This document shows positions 40,107 through 56,176 of a DNA stretch of 64,000 nt, one piece after another. How positions within the stretch are numbered: the stretch's first letter is position 1; every line of letters begins with the position of its first letter. A model generated the notes under the pieces. The model saw only the letters and a program-made list of their open reading frames with translations. It was not told the DNA's origin and did no database searches. This stretch comes from Octopus vulgaris (lineage: Eukaryota). The position numbers and the translations under genes are program-made. The DNA is taken from assembly GCA_951406725.2 (NCBI GenBank), contig OX597822.1, forward strand, positions 32,054,001 to 32,118,000, written 5' to 3'.

Positions 40107-41769
40107 GTGTGTAAATATACATATGCATTTATATGTATATACATATGCATATATACATACACACACACACACATATATATATATATGTACAAAGCGAGAG
40201 AAAAAAAAAGAAAGATGAATAATTAGATAGATAGATAGATAGATAGATCGATACATACATACATACATACATACATACATACATACATACATACATACAT
40301 ACATACATACATACATACGTAGAATGAGAGAGATTATAAAAGAATCAGTATTCCACTTCATTGTATATCCTTTTTCTTTCAAGGCTGAAAAAAAAAAGCA
40401 AAAATAAAAGAAATGCCACGCTTTCTTCTTATTTCTTTCAATAGCTATGTGCAAAGAACAGTTTGAACAGTCTATAGAGAATCCACAGTAAAAGAAATAT
40501 TCAGACAAAATGTATCAAAGAAATTTTTTTACTGCATTTTAATGTCTTCTTCTAAATTTATTTATTTATTTATTTATTTATTCATTTATTTATTTATTTT
40601 AGACTTAGATAATATTTTTAATGCATAAATAAATTGTTTTCTTGGCGAAGTCGATCGGTTATGAATCTGCAAGATACTTCAATAAGAGAGAACCATAGCA
40701 TGGATTTAAGCGTGATTGGTAAAAGACGTTAAACCATTAATTAATTACTCGTCTTCATTTAGTGTAAGTCACACCAGCGCGGAATTTTCGATTATTTCTG
40801 TTCCGAATCCGTTTTACTCAGGGCAGCAATTGGCCGCTATTATTTTGTGTATATTATTCGCGGGCCACTACAGCTAATGTCTATCTTCTTGCTATTTCTT
40901 AGTTGGTTTCAGTTATTGGAATGCAGTTGCACATGTGCATGTTAAATTGATTTATTTCCCCCTCAATATATGTAGCAACATATAAGACTTCCAGATTCTG
41001 CTCAGCTTTTCAAAGAATAAAGCAGTCCTCTGACAAATTCCTACTTACGCTACTCATACTATAAGGCAAATATCAACATTAAGTTACCTTGATGTATCTT
41101 CAATTTAAAATATGGAAATCTACTTAACACTTACCATTTAAACCTGTCATATCTAGCTCAAACATTCTACCTGATTTATGTAACAACATGTCCGAATGCG
41201 ACCTCTTATACCTACCCTACAATACATATTTTTATAAATTTTTTAACACGCAAAGTGACTAATCTCTAAAATATACCCTACAATATCATTCTAAAAATAT
41301 GCAACCACATTATCAAAACAGCGATGCTAAGAGATAGTGCAATATAAATTAGAAAGTAAGCAAATGAACAAGCATCAGATTTGATTGAATAATAAGTATA
41401 CTAAAGGGTTTATAAATGCCATTTGCCGTTCATGACCTCTGAAGTCAGCATAAAGTCGTGACATGCATACGTTTCTGCGTTCGTCATTCGTCAGTTTCAT
41501 ATACTTTATGACGTCTTCCGAGATATTTTTCAGGAAAGTTATATATACATGAAGTACTTGTATACGTTTCATATATACATTAAGTGTGTTATTAAATCAC
41601 GAAATGTTAAAGCAAAATGAAACAGTTTATGTAGAGAGGAACTGGTGTCATTTTGAAGCTTTGCATAAGTAGTTGCTAGAAAAGCCCCTATCATAGTTGA
41701 ATCATAAAGTTGTTTTGATCTTATATGATAAGTAAAAATCCACTCATTTCCCAAATCACCTAGAAAAAC

Positions 41770-42095
41770 ATTAATGCACTAAATATGGAAAGTTTGCCTC
41801 ATTACTCTCCTCATCCTGTTTCATCTGATTATTACTTTTCCATATCATTGCAACATTATTTAGAGGAAAAAGTTTTTTAATTGTGAAGATGTTGAAAATG
41901 ACACTGAATATTTTTTGTTTCAAAACCTGAAGAATGTTACGCCCCAGAGATCATCTATATGCAAAAGAGATGGGATTATGAAACGAACAATGAGGAGAAA
42001 TAGTAGCCGTATTAAATATACCAATTAAAAACGTAGAAGCATTTTCCTCTTTCCCATCTGGAAATGTGACACGACGTTCTTTCCAACTTAATAGT
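41770..42095 (+). mobile_element. Degenerate mariner transposase C-terminus
   Basis: ESLPH-YSPHPVSSDYYFSISLQHYLEEK..SKPEECY..KRW resembles the YSPDLAPSDYHLF block. Confidence 0.7.
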
Positions 42096-43399
42096 GTCAG
42101 TTATGATATCTATTTTCTTTGTGACTTTCTTAAGTTATCATGGGTTTGTTATTAATATAATTTTCGTCAGTGATTTGGTTAAAATCAGCTGTTTTAGTGA
42201 TTACATGTGAGATACATAACCAACAGAGTCAAATAAGATGTTTCTCTGCAAAGTTACATTATTCTAAGAAGATATTAGAAAGTCTTACATCGTAACAGCT
42301 TATTACATAAGTTTAAAATAAAAATCTTCCATTAACTTAATATGACTGTGTGAAAGCGTCGACTTTGGCATTGACGTTGATTCTTTACTTCCAGACTATT
42401 AAATATAAACGAAATAATGTATATAAAAAGTGAAGCAAAGTATATATATATATTTATATATATATATATTGCTAGCCATAACATATTTTGTAAGATACAC
42501 TGCTTTTGACAGTCTTTGACAATATAATATTCTCGACCATTTTGTGGCGTGAAGATTTTCGATTGGGTGAGAATCTTTATATAATCGTCACTTCCAAGGA
42601 AAATACTCAGAGCAGCCACAGGTTTTTTTCTAAATAAAATACATGAACACAAAATCATCAACAGATGTTTCAATAAGCTAAAAAACAGCACATTTAAATA
42701 ACCAAAGAGAATATTCAATAAAATCGCTATACGACAGCAATGATGAAAAATAGATGACTAGGATTAAAGCATTTTCTGAATGTATCAAACAATATTTTCT
42801 TTTTTATTGTAACGATAAGCTCTTGCTACGCCGATTTCCAGTTGACTAATATTGTCTATTCCTAATTCATCCATTCCATATTCTTGTGATAGTTGTTCTT
42901 CATCTCGGTAATTTCTGAATTTTTGTCATGTTCAATTTTTTACTTAGTCTTTGATGCATTGTTCTTTATTTCTGTAGATGTTTTGCTGTAATCAATATTC
43001 TAAAGAAGTGTAGGCTCTGTCAGGATCATTTACGCTCGGTACTATCGCATGAAGACAAAGCAGTTGTTGAAGACATAACGACATATGAATCATTACAAGA
43101 TATTTCTCAATTCAGGCCTACAGAATGACTAAGTTCATTCACTCTTTGTTAAAAAAAATATCCCAGAAAAATATAAGAAAATGAAACGAACAGAATACCG
43201 ATTACAACACATTTCTCTTTGATCCATGAAGTTAAATCAAATAAAAATAGAATGTAAAAAAACTACAAGAATAATTATTGAAACTAAAATGATTGTAGAG
43301 AAATAATAAGATTTCAATATAATTTGATTTATTTTTATCTTCTTAATTCAATACACCTTAGCGGGTAGAATCTCCTTATTTTATTATCTTAAGAAAAAG

Positions 43400-43755
43400 A
43401 CAAATGTATTTAATATTGATGTTGAAAATACCTCTGCTGCTGATGATGATCTTGTTGTGGCTGCCAGTGATGCTGGAGCTAGTTCTGATACTACTGTTGT
43501 TGTTGTTGTCCATGTTACTGCTGATGATGCCGATGATAATGTTGATGATGCTGACGGCAATGATGACGGTGATGATCACTATGACAACAACGTGGTCAAC
43601 GTCAATGAGGATCATGCTGAGGTTAAGGATACTGGTGGTGATGATTGTGTGGGTATCTAGGGTGATAGTGGTGGTCGTGGTATCAACAACGTCGATGATG
43701 GTAGAGATGACAATAATCATTATAATGACGGTGAAGTTGAAGATGACAACGAGAC

Positions 43756-43794
<39 letters not shown>

Positions 43795-43822
43795 CAACGA
43801 CGACGACGATGATGACAATGAC
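43400..43822. repeat. Degenerate (GAT)n-type trinucleotide tract
   Basis: Directly visible. Confidence 0.85.
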
Positions 43823-44124
43823 TCGATCAGTCAACCTTACTCGAAAAAACGCAGAAAAATAATCTATTCAAAGCATTGACACAAGTTATTCGCACAGAAC
43901 GGTATTTGTTACTGTTTTAAATTCCATTCATTTTCCGACAAGAATAACAACTGAAAAGGAATGTATTGGCAGACGAAAAAAAAATACCACGGAAGGAAAA
44001 CAAATCAAGACATTTCTATAAAGCTTTTCAATGGAAAAGACAGTGAGGTCTCGAGGTGATAGTGTTTGCATACATTCATATATACATATATACATGTACG
44101 TACATTCATACGTAAGACAAACAG

Positions 44125-44177
<53 letters not shown>

Positions 44178-44251
44178 CATATGTATGTACATAAGTATGT
44201 ATGTGTGTATGTAAGTTTGTATATATATGTATGTATATATATATATATGTA

Positions 44252-44292
<41 letters not shown>

Positions 44293-44294
44293 GC

Positions 44295-44326
<32 letters not shown>

Positions 44327-44342
44327 GCATATATGTATATGC

Positions 44343-44417
<75 letters not shown>

Positions 44418-44999
44418 CTGACAGATAGTCGTTGACATATACACTCACACACACAGGCACACACACATAGATTCACGCACACGCATTTTCATACATAGTT
44501 ACCGCCTTTCATACTTTTTATACTGTTTCCCCAGAATATTATTATTTAATAACTTTCATTCGTGTCATTTCTACTCTACTGCAGAAGTATTTCTAAAAAT
44601 CACTAAACATTCTTAAAGTGAAGATTTACAAAGTTATAATTCGATATGCAGAAAAGGAATTATGCAAATATGCACAAAATAGGTAGAATAATTATCATTA
44701 ATACTAACATATCACAAGTGCTTCAGTGTGCTGGACCTTAAGAAGAATCTATTTCTGCATTCTCCTTAAGACACACATACACACATACATATATGTATAT
44801 GCATGTTTCTTGCCGGTGCTTCCAGAGTGGAAGCAATATTATCGATAATGGCTGAAATTGCGTTTGAAACTCTGGTAATTGAAAGGGAGTTGGTGACCAT
44901 CTGTGTTTTCTCCTCCTCTTCTTCTTCCACCTCCTCCTCCTCCTCCTCCCCCTCCTCCTTCTTCTTATCATTATCATTATTATTATTATTATTGCTTTA

Positions 45000-45240
45000 C
45001 ATTTGTACAAGTTAGCTCGAAGTCTCACCCAGAGACCTCAAGAGACAAGTTGGAAGTTCATGTTGGTGTTATGTTTATTGAGCCATATATTTTGTTTTGT
45101 ACATAGTGTTGTTCTAGACAATGTTTAGGAAACCATAAGAAAATTATGTGTTTGTTTTAAAACTTGAGATTACATAGAAAGTATTTTGCGAAGGGTATGG
45201 GCAGTTCCCATTAGCACTATCTTTGAATTTCTGCCATTTT
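45000..45240 (-). mobile_element. R4/Dong-type element, 3' end
   Basis: KMAEI(Q)KIVLMGTAHTLRKILSM* followed by a 3' UTR, in (TAA)n context. Confidence 0.75.
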
Positions 45241-45302
45241 GTTATTATTTTTATCATTATTATTATTATTATTATTATTACTATTATTATTATTATTATT
45301 AC

Positions 45303-45412
45303 ATGACACCCTTGGCATCATACCAACATGAACTCCTAACTTGTTGTCTCTTGAGTTCTCTAGGTGAGACTTGGAAACAACTTTCACAAATACAAAGCAA
45401 AAGTCAATCATA
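45303..45412 (+). mobile_element. 3' UTR of the same R4/Dong family, opposite orientation, (AAT)n tail
   Basis: Reverse-complement similarity to 45000-45070. Confidence 0.65.
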
Positions 45413-45443
45413 TAATAATAATAATAATATTAATAATAATAAC

Positions 45444-45484
<41 letters not shown>

Positions 45485-45504
45485 TAATAATAATAATAAT
45501 TATA

Positions 45505-45980
45505 ATAGGTGTTAACTACAAATGTAAACAGACTGTATATAAAAGCGAAAGAATGGTGGAAGAGGACTGTGACCATTGTATAAGGAGTGAAAGGAAAACG
45601 CTTGCCGAATATTTGATAAATATTGACGATGATCTGCTGCAATACAGCGGGACCCATATTATTATTGATAATTTTAAATGCTATAGGTAGAACGATTGTG
45701 GTAATAATTACCAATGTGGTTTTGTAGTTGTGTTGAAATCCAACCTATATGTTACAAAAATGTTATTGCGGCAATGAATATCTGGACAGTTGTGGTGGTC
45801 AGATATAGTGCGTCCATCCTCAAATGGACTAAGTAGGAAATATCAACACTGGATAGAAGGATGAGAAAGTTAATGACGCTGCATGGGGCGCTGCACCCCA
45901 AAGCAAAACTAAACAGACTGTATATGGAAAGAAAGAACGGTGGCAGAGGACTAAGGAGTGAAATGAGAACGTTTGCCGAG
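45505..45980 (+). mobile_element. Two R4/Dong RT-thumb fragments
   Basis: NVNRLY..KNGGRGL, and AMNIWTVVVVRYSASILKWT..LDRRMRKLMTLHGALHPKAKLNRLYMERKNGGRGL. Confidence 0.75.
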
Positions 45981-46489
45981 TATATATGTGTGCGTGTGTA
46001 TGTGTGTATGTGTATAGTAGCTTAAAAGCTGCTTGATAAGGCGGCTTTAAGCGAACATCTGTAAAGGGCTCTTTATTAGGCATTATGCCCAACAATGACA
46101 CTTCATATATTGAGTACATATTGAATTTTATTAAACTTGAACAATATTTGTAAAAGCAATTAGTAATTTTCATCAAAACAACGATATAATTCCTCGCCTT
46201 GGAACTAATTGCAAAGCTGCATGATAAACAGCAGTACCACCACCATCGCTACACTTGCTATACACTCATCATTCAAACTATTGACGCTACCACCATGAGT
46301 ACCTTTGACTTCGCTGCCTTCCTGACACCACTATTCTCAATGTCTTTTACATCACTTACACCGTCATCCGTGACCGCCTCAGCTACCACCGCCGCCGCCA
46401 CCACCACCATCATCACCGCCGTTTCCACCTTTATCACAAATTCAGCTCATATTATTACTCTCACTCCATTACCTATTTCTTTACTATCC

Positions 46490-46685
46490 ACAAAGGGCTA
46501 AACACAGAAGGGACAAACGTATTAAATCGATTATATCGACCCCACTGCGTAACTGGTACTTATTAAATCGACCCCGAAAGGATGAAAGGCAAAGTCGACC
46601 TACGCGGAATTTGAATTCAGAACGTAACGGCAGACGAAATACTGCTCAGAATTTCGCCCGGTGTGCTAACGTTTCTGCCAGCTCC
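46490..46685 (-). mobile_element. SINE family B
   Basis: Close reverse complement of the 16208 copy. Confidence 0.85.
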
Positions 46686-47369
46686 CTATATTACCATCGC
46701 AATAAGGCTAAATGTGTGTGTGTAAAAAAATTGTGTTCAGTATATTAGTTCAGTATGTTAGCTCACTGTTCAGCGAGCCAACATACTGAACTAACATACT
46801 CTTTCTCTCACATATCCGCTCTCTCTCTCTCTTATTTGTACTCCCACTGCCATCATCAACACTACTACTTTTGATAAAAAACATCGTCAACTCTCCCTAA
46901 ATTTCTTTGTCTCTCTTTCTCTCCGTCTCTTTCTCTTTTTTCTCTCTCTCTCTATGTCTTTCTACTCCACCGCCCTCATCGTATTATTACTCTCACCCCG
47001 ACATGAGCAATACTAGAAGAGTCAATGAATAGTGAGGGAGGGTATCGAAGTGTGACACACTGTCACTCAGAAATTAGTTTTCGCATTTATTATATTAGAT
47101 CACTTGTTGCGACTCATGCAGATCACGATTATTTGATTATAACAAGTTTATATGACACAACTAATTTCGATAAGAGACTGTTATGTACTTGATTAGGAGA
47201 CATATTATCTATAAATTATGATGTGACATATTTAATGTCAATGGATCTTTTATGTTCAGAACATCTTGTGCTTAATCGTGAAAAATCCATTCTTATTATT
47301 ATGTATCTATCCATCTATATGCATGTTTTTAATTTGTTCGTGAGTGTGTGTATGGATATAAGTATGTGC

Positions 47370-48495
<1,126 letters not shown>

Positions 48496-49394
48496 AGTGT
48501 GTGTGGGTGTAGGTGTGTAAATATAAATGCGCATATATAATATAGCATGAGATATATATGTATTATGGCAAAAATATTTCTACTGCTGCATAATTAAATA
48601 AGAAATCATCTTACGCAACGTTCATTAGGTGCATTCGTTCTCCGTTGTGTAGAAATATATTGGAATAGGCGATGTTTAAATGTTTTATATACATTTGTGT
48701 TGAAATTCCAGCTTCTTTGCATCCAACAGTTAGCAATAAATCTTCTCATATTCCCGAAACCGAAAGACTTTATTTGAAATAAGTTTTATTTTGCTCAAAT
48801 CTTATTAAATATTTCACAACACCCTCGTAATTTAATAATTGCAGATTGAATATAAAAAAGCGAAAACTCTATACATACATACATACACATCTATTTATTT
48901 ATATGTCTGTGTGTGTATATGTGTGTGTGTGGGTGTATTATTTATATATGTATGTGTATGTGCATGAATGTATATATGTACATACATATACATAGGCATA
49001 TATATGCGTATATACATACATATTTATGTATATGTATACATACATATACATATACATATATATATATATATGTACATACATATACATAAGCATATATATA
49101 TATATATGTACATACATATACATAAGCATATATATATATATATATGTACATACATATACATAAGCATGTATATATATATATGTACATACATATACATAAG
49201 TATATACATATATATATATAGTTGCTCTTATACATCTATATATAAGCATGTATGTGCCTATATTTTATATACATATGAGTATGTACATAAAAAATATATA
49301 CATACTATATATATAGTGTGTGCGCGCATCACACGATGTTTGTATTTAGATATATATACGTATATATAGAGATGAGTATATATGTATATATACC

Positions 49395-49468
<74 letters not shown>

Positions 49469-49795
49469 AAGAGACATATACATACATACATATATATATA
49501 TATACATACATACATACATACACATACATATATATGCACACACACACACACACACACACACAAATATATATAATTTTCTGTTACATCTTTGGGTGATAGT
49601 TAACACAGTGCAGAAGATCTCTATCGGGTTGCAGTCTTCTTATTTAATAACCGCCCACTCCTTTATATTGTATTTAATAGTTTTGGCTTTTGAACTAGCG
49701 TTCACTACCAGCAGCGCGCATGATGGAACATTATTAGTTTACGTAGTGTAAAGCTCCAGTGTCTGATTCATCTAAGTGCAACTCACAGAACTGCA

Positions 49796-49796
49796 T

Positions 49797-49837
<41 letters not shown>

Positions 49838-49945
49838 GCTGCTGCTACTATTACTACTACTACTACTACTACTACTACAACGACTACTACTACTACTACT
49901 ACTACTACAACAACAACAACTACTACTACTACTACCACTACAACA

Positions 49946-49980
<35 letters not shown>

Positions 49981-49990
49981 AACAACAACA

Positions 49991-50049
<59 letters not shown>

Positions 50050-50050
50050 G
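49796..50050. repeat. (TAC)n/(AAC)n microsatellite
   Basis: Directly visible. Confidence 0.95.
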
Positions 50051-50469
50051 TTAACATTTGCGCACCGCTGAACAGAATTTCTAAAAAAAAAAAATACATA
50101 GTATGACACGAGAGCTGAAGCAATCAAGTGGCTGGCACACAGTTTGGAAATCCAATTTGATTTCAGAAGACAATTGATAAATATATACTTGTGGTGACAA
50201 AGAAATGGTAAGTTTTGGTGCGGGTGAGTGGAGAAAACCAAGTGTTTACTGTAGAAGTCAAATATTTATTGAAAAATATGACAGGTACATGACACGTTGG
50301 AACCGTTAAAAAGTGTGTTGTTTTTTTCTTCCATTCGTGCAAAATAGATTATAAATGGAGTTGAAGACAACAAGGTGACTTCATTGAAATCGAGTTCACT
50401 CTACGTGTCTGTTATTGTTGTTGTTATTTACGTTCAAATCGTAATCATTCTATCTTTACATATATCTCT

Positions 50470-50885
50470 TCTAGTCTTTTATTCGTTTCAGTCATTTGAC
50501 TGTGGCCATGCTGGAGCACCGCTTTTAGTCGAGCAAATCGACCCTAGGACTTATTCTTTGTAAGCTCAGTACTTATTCTATCAGTCCCTTTTGCCGATCC
50601 GCTAAGTTACAGGGACGTAAACACACCAGAATCGGTTGTCAAGTGATATTGGTGGGGTGGGGTGGGGACAAACACAGACACACAAGCACATACATACACG
50701 TACATATACATACATATATACGACGGGCTTCTTTTAGTTTCCGTCTACCAAATCCACTCACAAGGCTTTGGTCGATCCGAGGCTATAGTAGAAGACACTT
50801 TCGCAAGGTGCCACGCAGTGGGACTGAACCCGGAACCATGAGGTTGGTAAGCAAACTACTTACCACACAGCCACTCCTACGCCTA
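50470..50885 (-). mobile_element. SINE family A, full length
   Basis: Complete copy. Confidence 0.9.
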
Positions 50886-51929
50886 TATATCTAGGATTTT
50901 CCTTTTCTTATAACCCTCCAGTCATTTTCGAAACTTTGTTTTGGAGAAGAAGAATATAACAGGTTTATCGGGTGGCTTGTCTTTATTCACAAAGTGCTAT
51001 GTCTGGATCTCTTAGTTTGTTTGGATTTTGCCGGACATAAATTACGCTCCTCTTACCGCGTAGGAAGTCATGTAACTAAAGTTTCGAGGATATTGAGGAA
51101 CAATTTAAGGAAGCTTTGAAAGGTATTCCTAGGAAGCCGAGCGATTGTACATAAATTCATGCGCTTCGCTTTCATGTAGAATATCAGCAGAAAACCAGCC
51201 TTTACAAGCTATTGATTACTGATGAAAATTGCACTTAAGTGGAGTGAATGAAATGGAATTACTTCAAGCTGGATCCATCATATATGTCAGCATTTATTAG
51301 ACAGCGGATATGTTATATGCTGTCTAGTAGATAACACTGTACGTCACTTGCCTAACAAGATTATTGAACACTATAAAAATACCGTACCACACAGAATGTT
51401 ATGATTAATATCTGTGAAATAATGTTACAACACGGAAAACGAAACTTGTCGACTATAAAATATACATTAACGACGAAGGCCGGGATCTTTAAGAATTGAA
51501 TTTGAGTTTCCTAGTGAAGACTATTATAAGTTTGCTCTTTAAATGTAGAATTTTACATAATGTTTGCGAAGAAATACAATACGCTCCAAGAACTGAACAA
51601 AGATAATCAAAATACACCATGTACGAAAAATGTTTTCATCAGCTCTATCGATCTCTTTCTACATATTATTAATCATGAAAAAAAGAAACATATTTCCAGA
51701 GATATGTGCCTGTTCACCAGGATATATCAAAGAAACAGATTATTCAATAGAATCGTTCTCAATCTCATTTGTAACAACCATACAGTCACAGAAGGGACTT
51801 TTATTCTCCGATCAGTTAGTTATCGTTAATTCTATTCATTACATCGAGAATATAAGCTTTCAACTACTTTTTGTTATAGTAGAGCCATCAGTTGTTTTTC
51901 CTCTCGAAGATACCCAAACATAGTTGCGC

Positions 51930-52600
51930 TTGGTTTGAAATGTTAAAATATCATATCATGAAGTGTGTCATGATTCGAAAGATACTCAGCAAACTCCTCT
52001 AAGATGGCAACATGCGTGAGAGAGCAGAAACCAGCTGGAACGTGTATCATATACTTTGTGGAAAATCTATTGTACAGCTTTACGATCATGTTTAATAAGC
52101 GAATTAGTGGTCCTGGTTGTGAGATTAAATGGAAAGCAAGGTGTCATGACATGACCGTCGTTGCTTATGATTCCTAGCACCATCCAAAACGAAGGGTTCT
52201 TTGTGTGCATCACATTGTTTACGTATTTTGTGACCACCTGGAATTCCTCCTATTTCCATTGTGGTTCTCTGCAAATTTCTCCGCACCAAAAGAAACAAAA
52301 GTATGTTGGATATCTAGGGGTACAGGGTTTTGTTCAGTCAACGATTCGACCAGATTAAATGGTTCACACGTGTCTTGTCCAACAAAACCCATGATCTAAC
52401 CAAAGGAATTGTATCTAATGTCCTCGTACATCACTTACTTGGTTGTGGACTCCAACACTTTGATTTTCTCGCCAATTGTCTCATCGGTTTTCTGGCAATG
52501 TTCATTCTAAGCTATGTGACAGAGCATGCGCACATACATTTACAACTAGCTCTCATAGGAAAAAAATGTACTCGTTTAAGAAGAAACAAAATTCTTTAAC
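51930..52600 (-). mobile_element. Degenerate Tc1/IS630-superfamily transposase
   Basis: RKPMRQLAR..VMYEDIRY; VLGIISNDGHVMTP; degenerate TFQ..SA..H. Many stops and frameshifts. Confidence 0.6.
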
Positions 52601-53023
52601 TAAAGAAGTTTACTGTTATTGAATTTCTCTCTGCATCCACAAAAATGCTAGAATGGAATATTGGCTCCTGAGGGAATTATCTGTGGGGCTATCCTGAATA
52701 AACTCCATATTGTCAGTCACGTCTGGCTGCATTTTATCTAGGCCTTTGATGTCATTACCTTGATGGAAATCTTCAGGCATTTTGTGAACTTGAGAAATTG
52801 TTCAGAAAGCTATGGATCTCCAAGTTTCTGTGGACTGCGGCTATTGCCAGGGGCATGGAGTGACTTTCCATATCCTGTGATAGATTTCAATCCGCCATAT
52901 TAATACCGGCAGTATATCTGAAGAACAAATGAAGATACTGCGTGCTGGGTAGCATTATGGTAGAGTGTTTCTCTTTTATGGCTTGATAGAGCTAAATATG
53001 TTATCACGAATACCCTGGGTATC

Positions 53024-53129
<106 letters not shown>

Positions 53130-53319
53130 TGTGTGTGTGTGTGTTTGTGTATACATTCACAGATATACTTAATCATGCCCAATAGTTATCAGATACTGCG
53201 CAGTCACTCACAGACATGTACGAGTAGGAGTGTATATGTATGTGTGTGTGTGTTCGTTTTTATATATGTACTCATATACGTTCATATATATGTACACACA
53301 TATAAATGTTCATAGACAT

Positions 53320-53353
<34 letters not shown>

Positions 53354-53526
53354 GGCGGTGCAAATGTAGGTATACAGTTACGACAAAAGAAAACACGTAC
53401 AATACTCATTTTTAAAAATCAAGTGTTAAAATTTACGCTAAAAGTATTATGATTAATGACATTGAAAATATCAAAAATGTGTCTAACAAATATAATGTGC
53501 TAATAAATTTAATGAATTAAGCAGTC

Positions 53527-53800
53527 TTTTCTACTCTAGGCCCCAAATTTTGGGGGAGGGGTCCAGTCGATTAGATCGACTTCAGTACGCAACTGGTACT
53601 TAATTTATCGACCCCGAAAGGACGAAAGGCAAAGTCGACCTCGGGGAAATTTGAACTCTGCAAGTAAAGACAGACAAAATACCTATCTCTTTACTACCCA
53701 CAAGGGGCTAATTCTAGCGTTCTCCCATGCCGAGCCGAGAAGATACGGTGAGAATTCAACACCGGTTGTCAATCGGTGGTGGCGGAAAAACATTGACACA
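53527..53800 (-). mobile_element. SINE family B copy adjoining a family A fragment
   Basis: GTCGATTAGATCGAC..CTGGTACTTAATTTATCGACCCCGAAAGG..AAAGTCGACCTCGG. Confidence 0.75.
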
Positions 53801-54477
53801 AATCCGCGCGCGCTTAACACGCACGCACATTCTCCCACTTTAACTTTCTCTTTTTGTCTCTTTCGCTCTTTCACTCTTAAACACAGAAATATGTAGTGGT
53901 CACCTTTTCATAAGTCCGCAAAAAAAAGAAATATTCTCTAAAATTAATGCAGCCGTTGGTTATAACCGGTGAGGGAGGTACCTTTATTTTTGCACGTACT
54001 TATGCTCTTAGCAACATAGGCTACTCACCAGACTTGCTGGTCAGAGCTGCATAACCTCTCTACTACTGTAGGTGGGAATATAGTCTTGGTCAGTCAAGGT
54101 TGTTTAAAACGAAATTCTATTTAGTGACATTCATTGTGGGCAAGACAGGACCTGGGGTAGACAATGTCACACTTATTTATGCTCTTAATGATACAGGCAG
54201 CCAAGCAGACCTGCAGGCTACAAGCACTTGAGCTATCGACTAATAGATGTAAACGTAAAAATTTCGTCAGTCATACTTGTAAAAAGAAGAAAAAACTAAA
54301 AGGAAATCCTACTAAGCGACATTCTTTACGGGCAAGATGGGAGCGGAAGCACACGATGCAGACGTTGTCTGGCTGAGAGGGCGAAGATCCTAAAGAATAC
54401 GCTTAACCTGGAGGTTTTGCATTACATATTCATCCATCCATCCATCCATATATATATACACACACATACATACATGC

Positions 54478-54518
<41 letters not shown>

Positions 54519-54557
54519 ATGTATATATATATATACATATATATATACATATATATG

Positions 54558-54590
<33 letters not shown>

Positions 54591-54877
54591 CACGTGATCA
54601 CGTGACCGACCAGACCATCAGATGTTGTTACACATCGCTGGTCACAATGCGTTCGCATTGTTTTAGCCTTCGAATGACGCCACCCCGCCGGCTAAGCGAG
54701 CAGGCCAACAGAAGAAAGAGTGAGAGAAAGAGTGATGAAAGAGTACAGCAGGGATCACCAATCCCTGCAGGAGCTTCGTGGAGCTTTTAGGTGTTTTCGC
54801 TCAATAAACACTCACAACGCCCGGTCTGGGAATCGAAACCGCGATCCTGCGATCGTAACCACTAGGCCATTGCGCCT

Positions 54878-54880
<3 letters not shown>
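54591..54880 (-). mobile_element. SINE family C, flanked by (TA)n
   Basis: Reverse complement of the 30404 head, with a different tail. Confidence 0.8.
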
Positions 54881-54945
<65 letters not shown>

Positions 54946-55619
54946 ACCACGCAAAGAAACAATTTCTGTACAAGAACGTTTAAATGAATAGAAGTTATCG
55001 AAAAATACAGAACATGCCTAAATATGAACGGATAACCAACTTGGATCTCAATACATATTTTTTAATTCATGATCAGATACCCATCACTGTACATATTTCA
55101 TCTCACTACTTCACCTTTTGAGGATTTGTATATTTATTTATTTCCCCACTCTCCAATAAATGAGCAATTAGCTCCCCTGACCCGAATAATAACGATCACC
55201 AGTTAACACGCGACATTAGCTTTCTCTATTTATTGATTCATTCACAAATTCACAACTTTCTCTCACAACATGGGGAAAATCTTCTCAAATAGATGCCAAA
55301 TGACAATCATTTCAATGTCATGATTAGCGAAAGCGAAACCGTTATACAAACACAATACTTTTCACTTATAAAAGATATTAAAAAATATATTAAATCTATG
55401 TAAACTGTGGGCATTTTGCTCTTTATGATATATGTATATATATATATATACATGTGTGTGTATGTATATGTATACATATATATATATATATAGATATAGA
55501 TATATATAATATTTTTACATACAAAATTATTTTATATTTAAAAAATATTTTAATCTTCGGATTTTTTTAATTGATTAATATCAATTTCTACCCTTATTCA
55601 ATTTTATATCTATATATAT

Positions 55620-55845
55620 ACCTGTGTGTGTGTCTTTGTGTCTGCACTTCTCACCACACCGTTTGACAATTGGTATTATAGTGTCCAAGTCTCCGTAACT
55701 TAGAAGTTCAGCAAAACAAAAAAGAGACTGCTAAAGTACGTACGCTTTTTGAAAAATAAGTCCTGGGGGCGATTTGGTCGCCTAAAACACTTTAAGGCGG
55801 TGCCTCATGACTGAATGACTGAAACAAGTAAAAGAAATAAAAGAA
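55620..55845 (+). mobile_element. SINE family A, 3' half, diverged
   Basis: AATAAGTCCTGGGG..GGCGGTGC..ATGACTGAAACAAGTAAAAGA. Confidence 0.7.
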
Positions 55846-56041
55846 ATATAAGGGTAGCAGGAAATAGCTAAAAGAATGAAGTACTCGATGACGTATCCGA
55901 TAAATCTTTAATTTACTGAATTCCATATGCGATGAATTCGTGATCTATTTCAAGGATAATACCTTTGCAGGTATTGTCATTGAATCTCAAATAAAAATGC
56001 TATAATTTCAAGGAAGTAAATATTTAAAGTTCTCGAGTATG

Positions 56042-56124
<83 letters not shown>

Positions 56125-56126
56125 CA

Positions 56127-56172
<46 letters not shown>

Positions 56173-56176
<4 letters not shown>

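Noticed and set aside
53940-54420. Possible LINE 5' UTR with an HDV-like ribozyme
   Set aside because: GC-richer block, but I could not draw the nested double pseudoknot or find an adjoining ORF.
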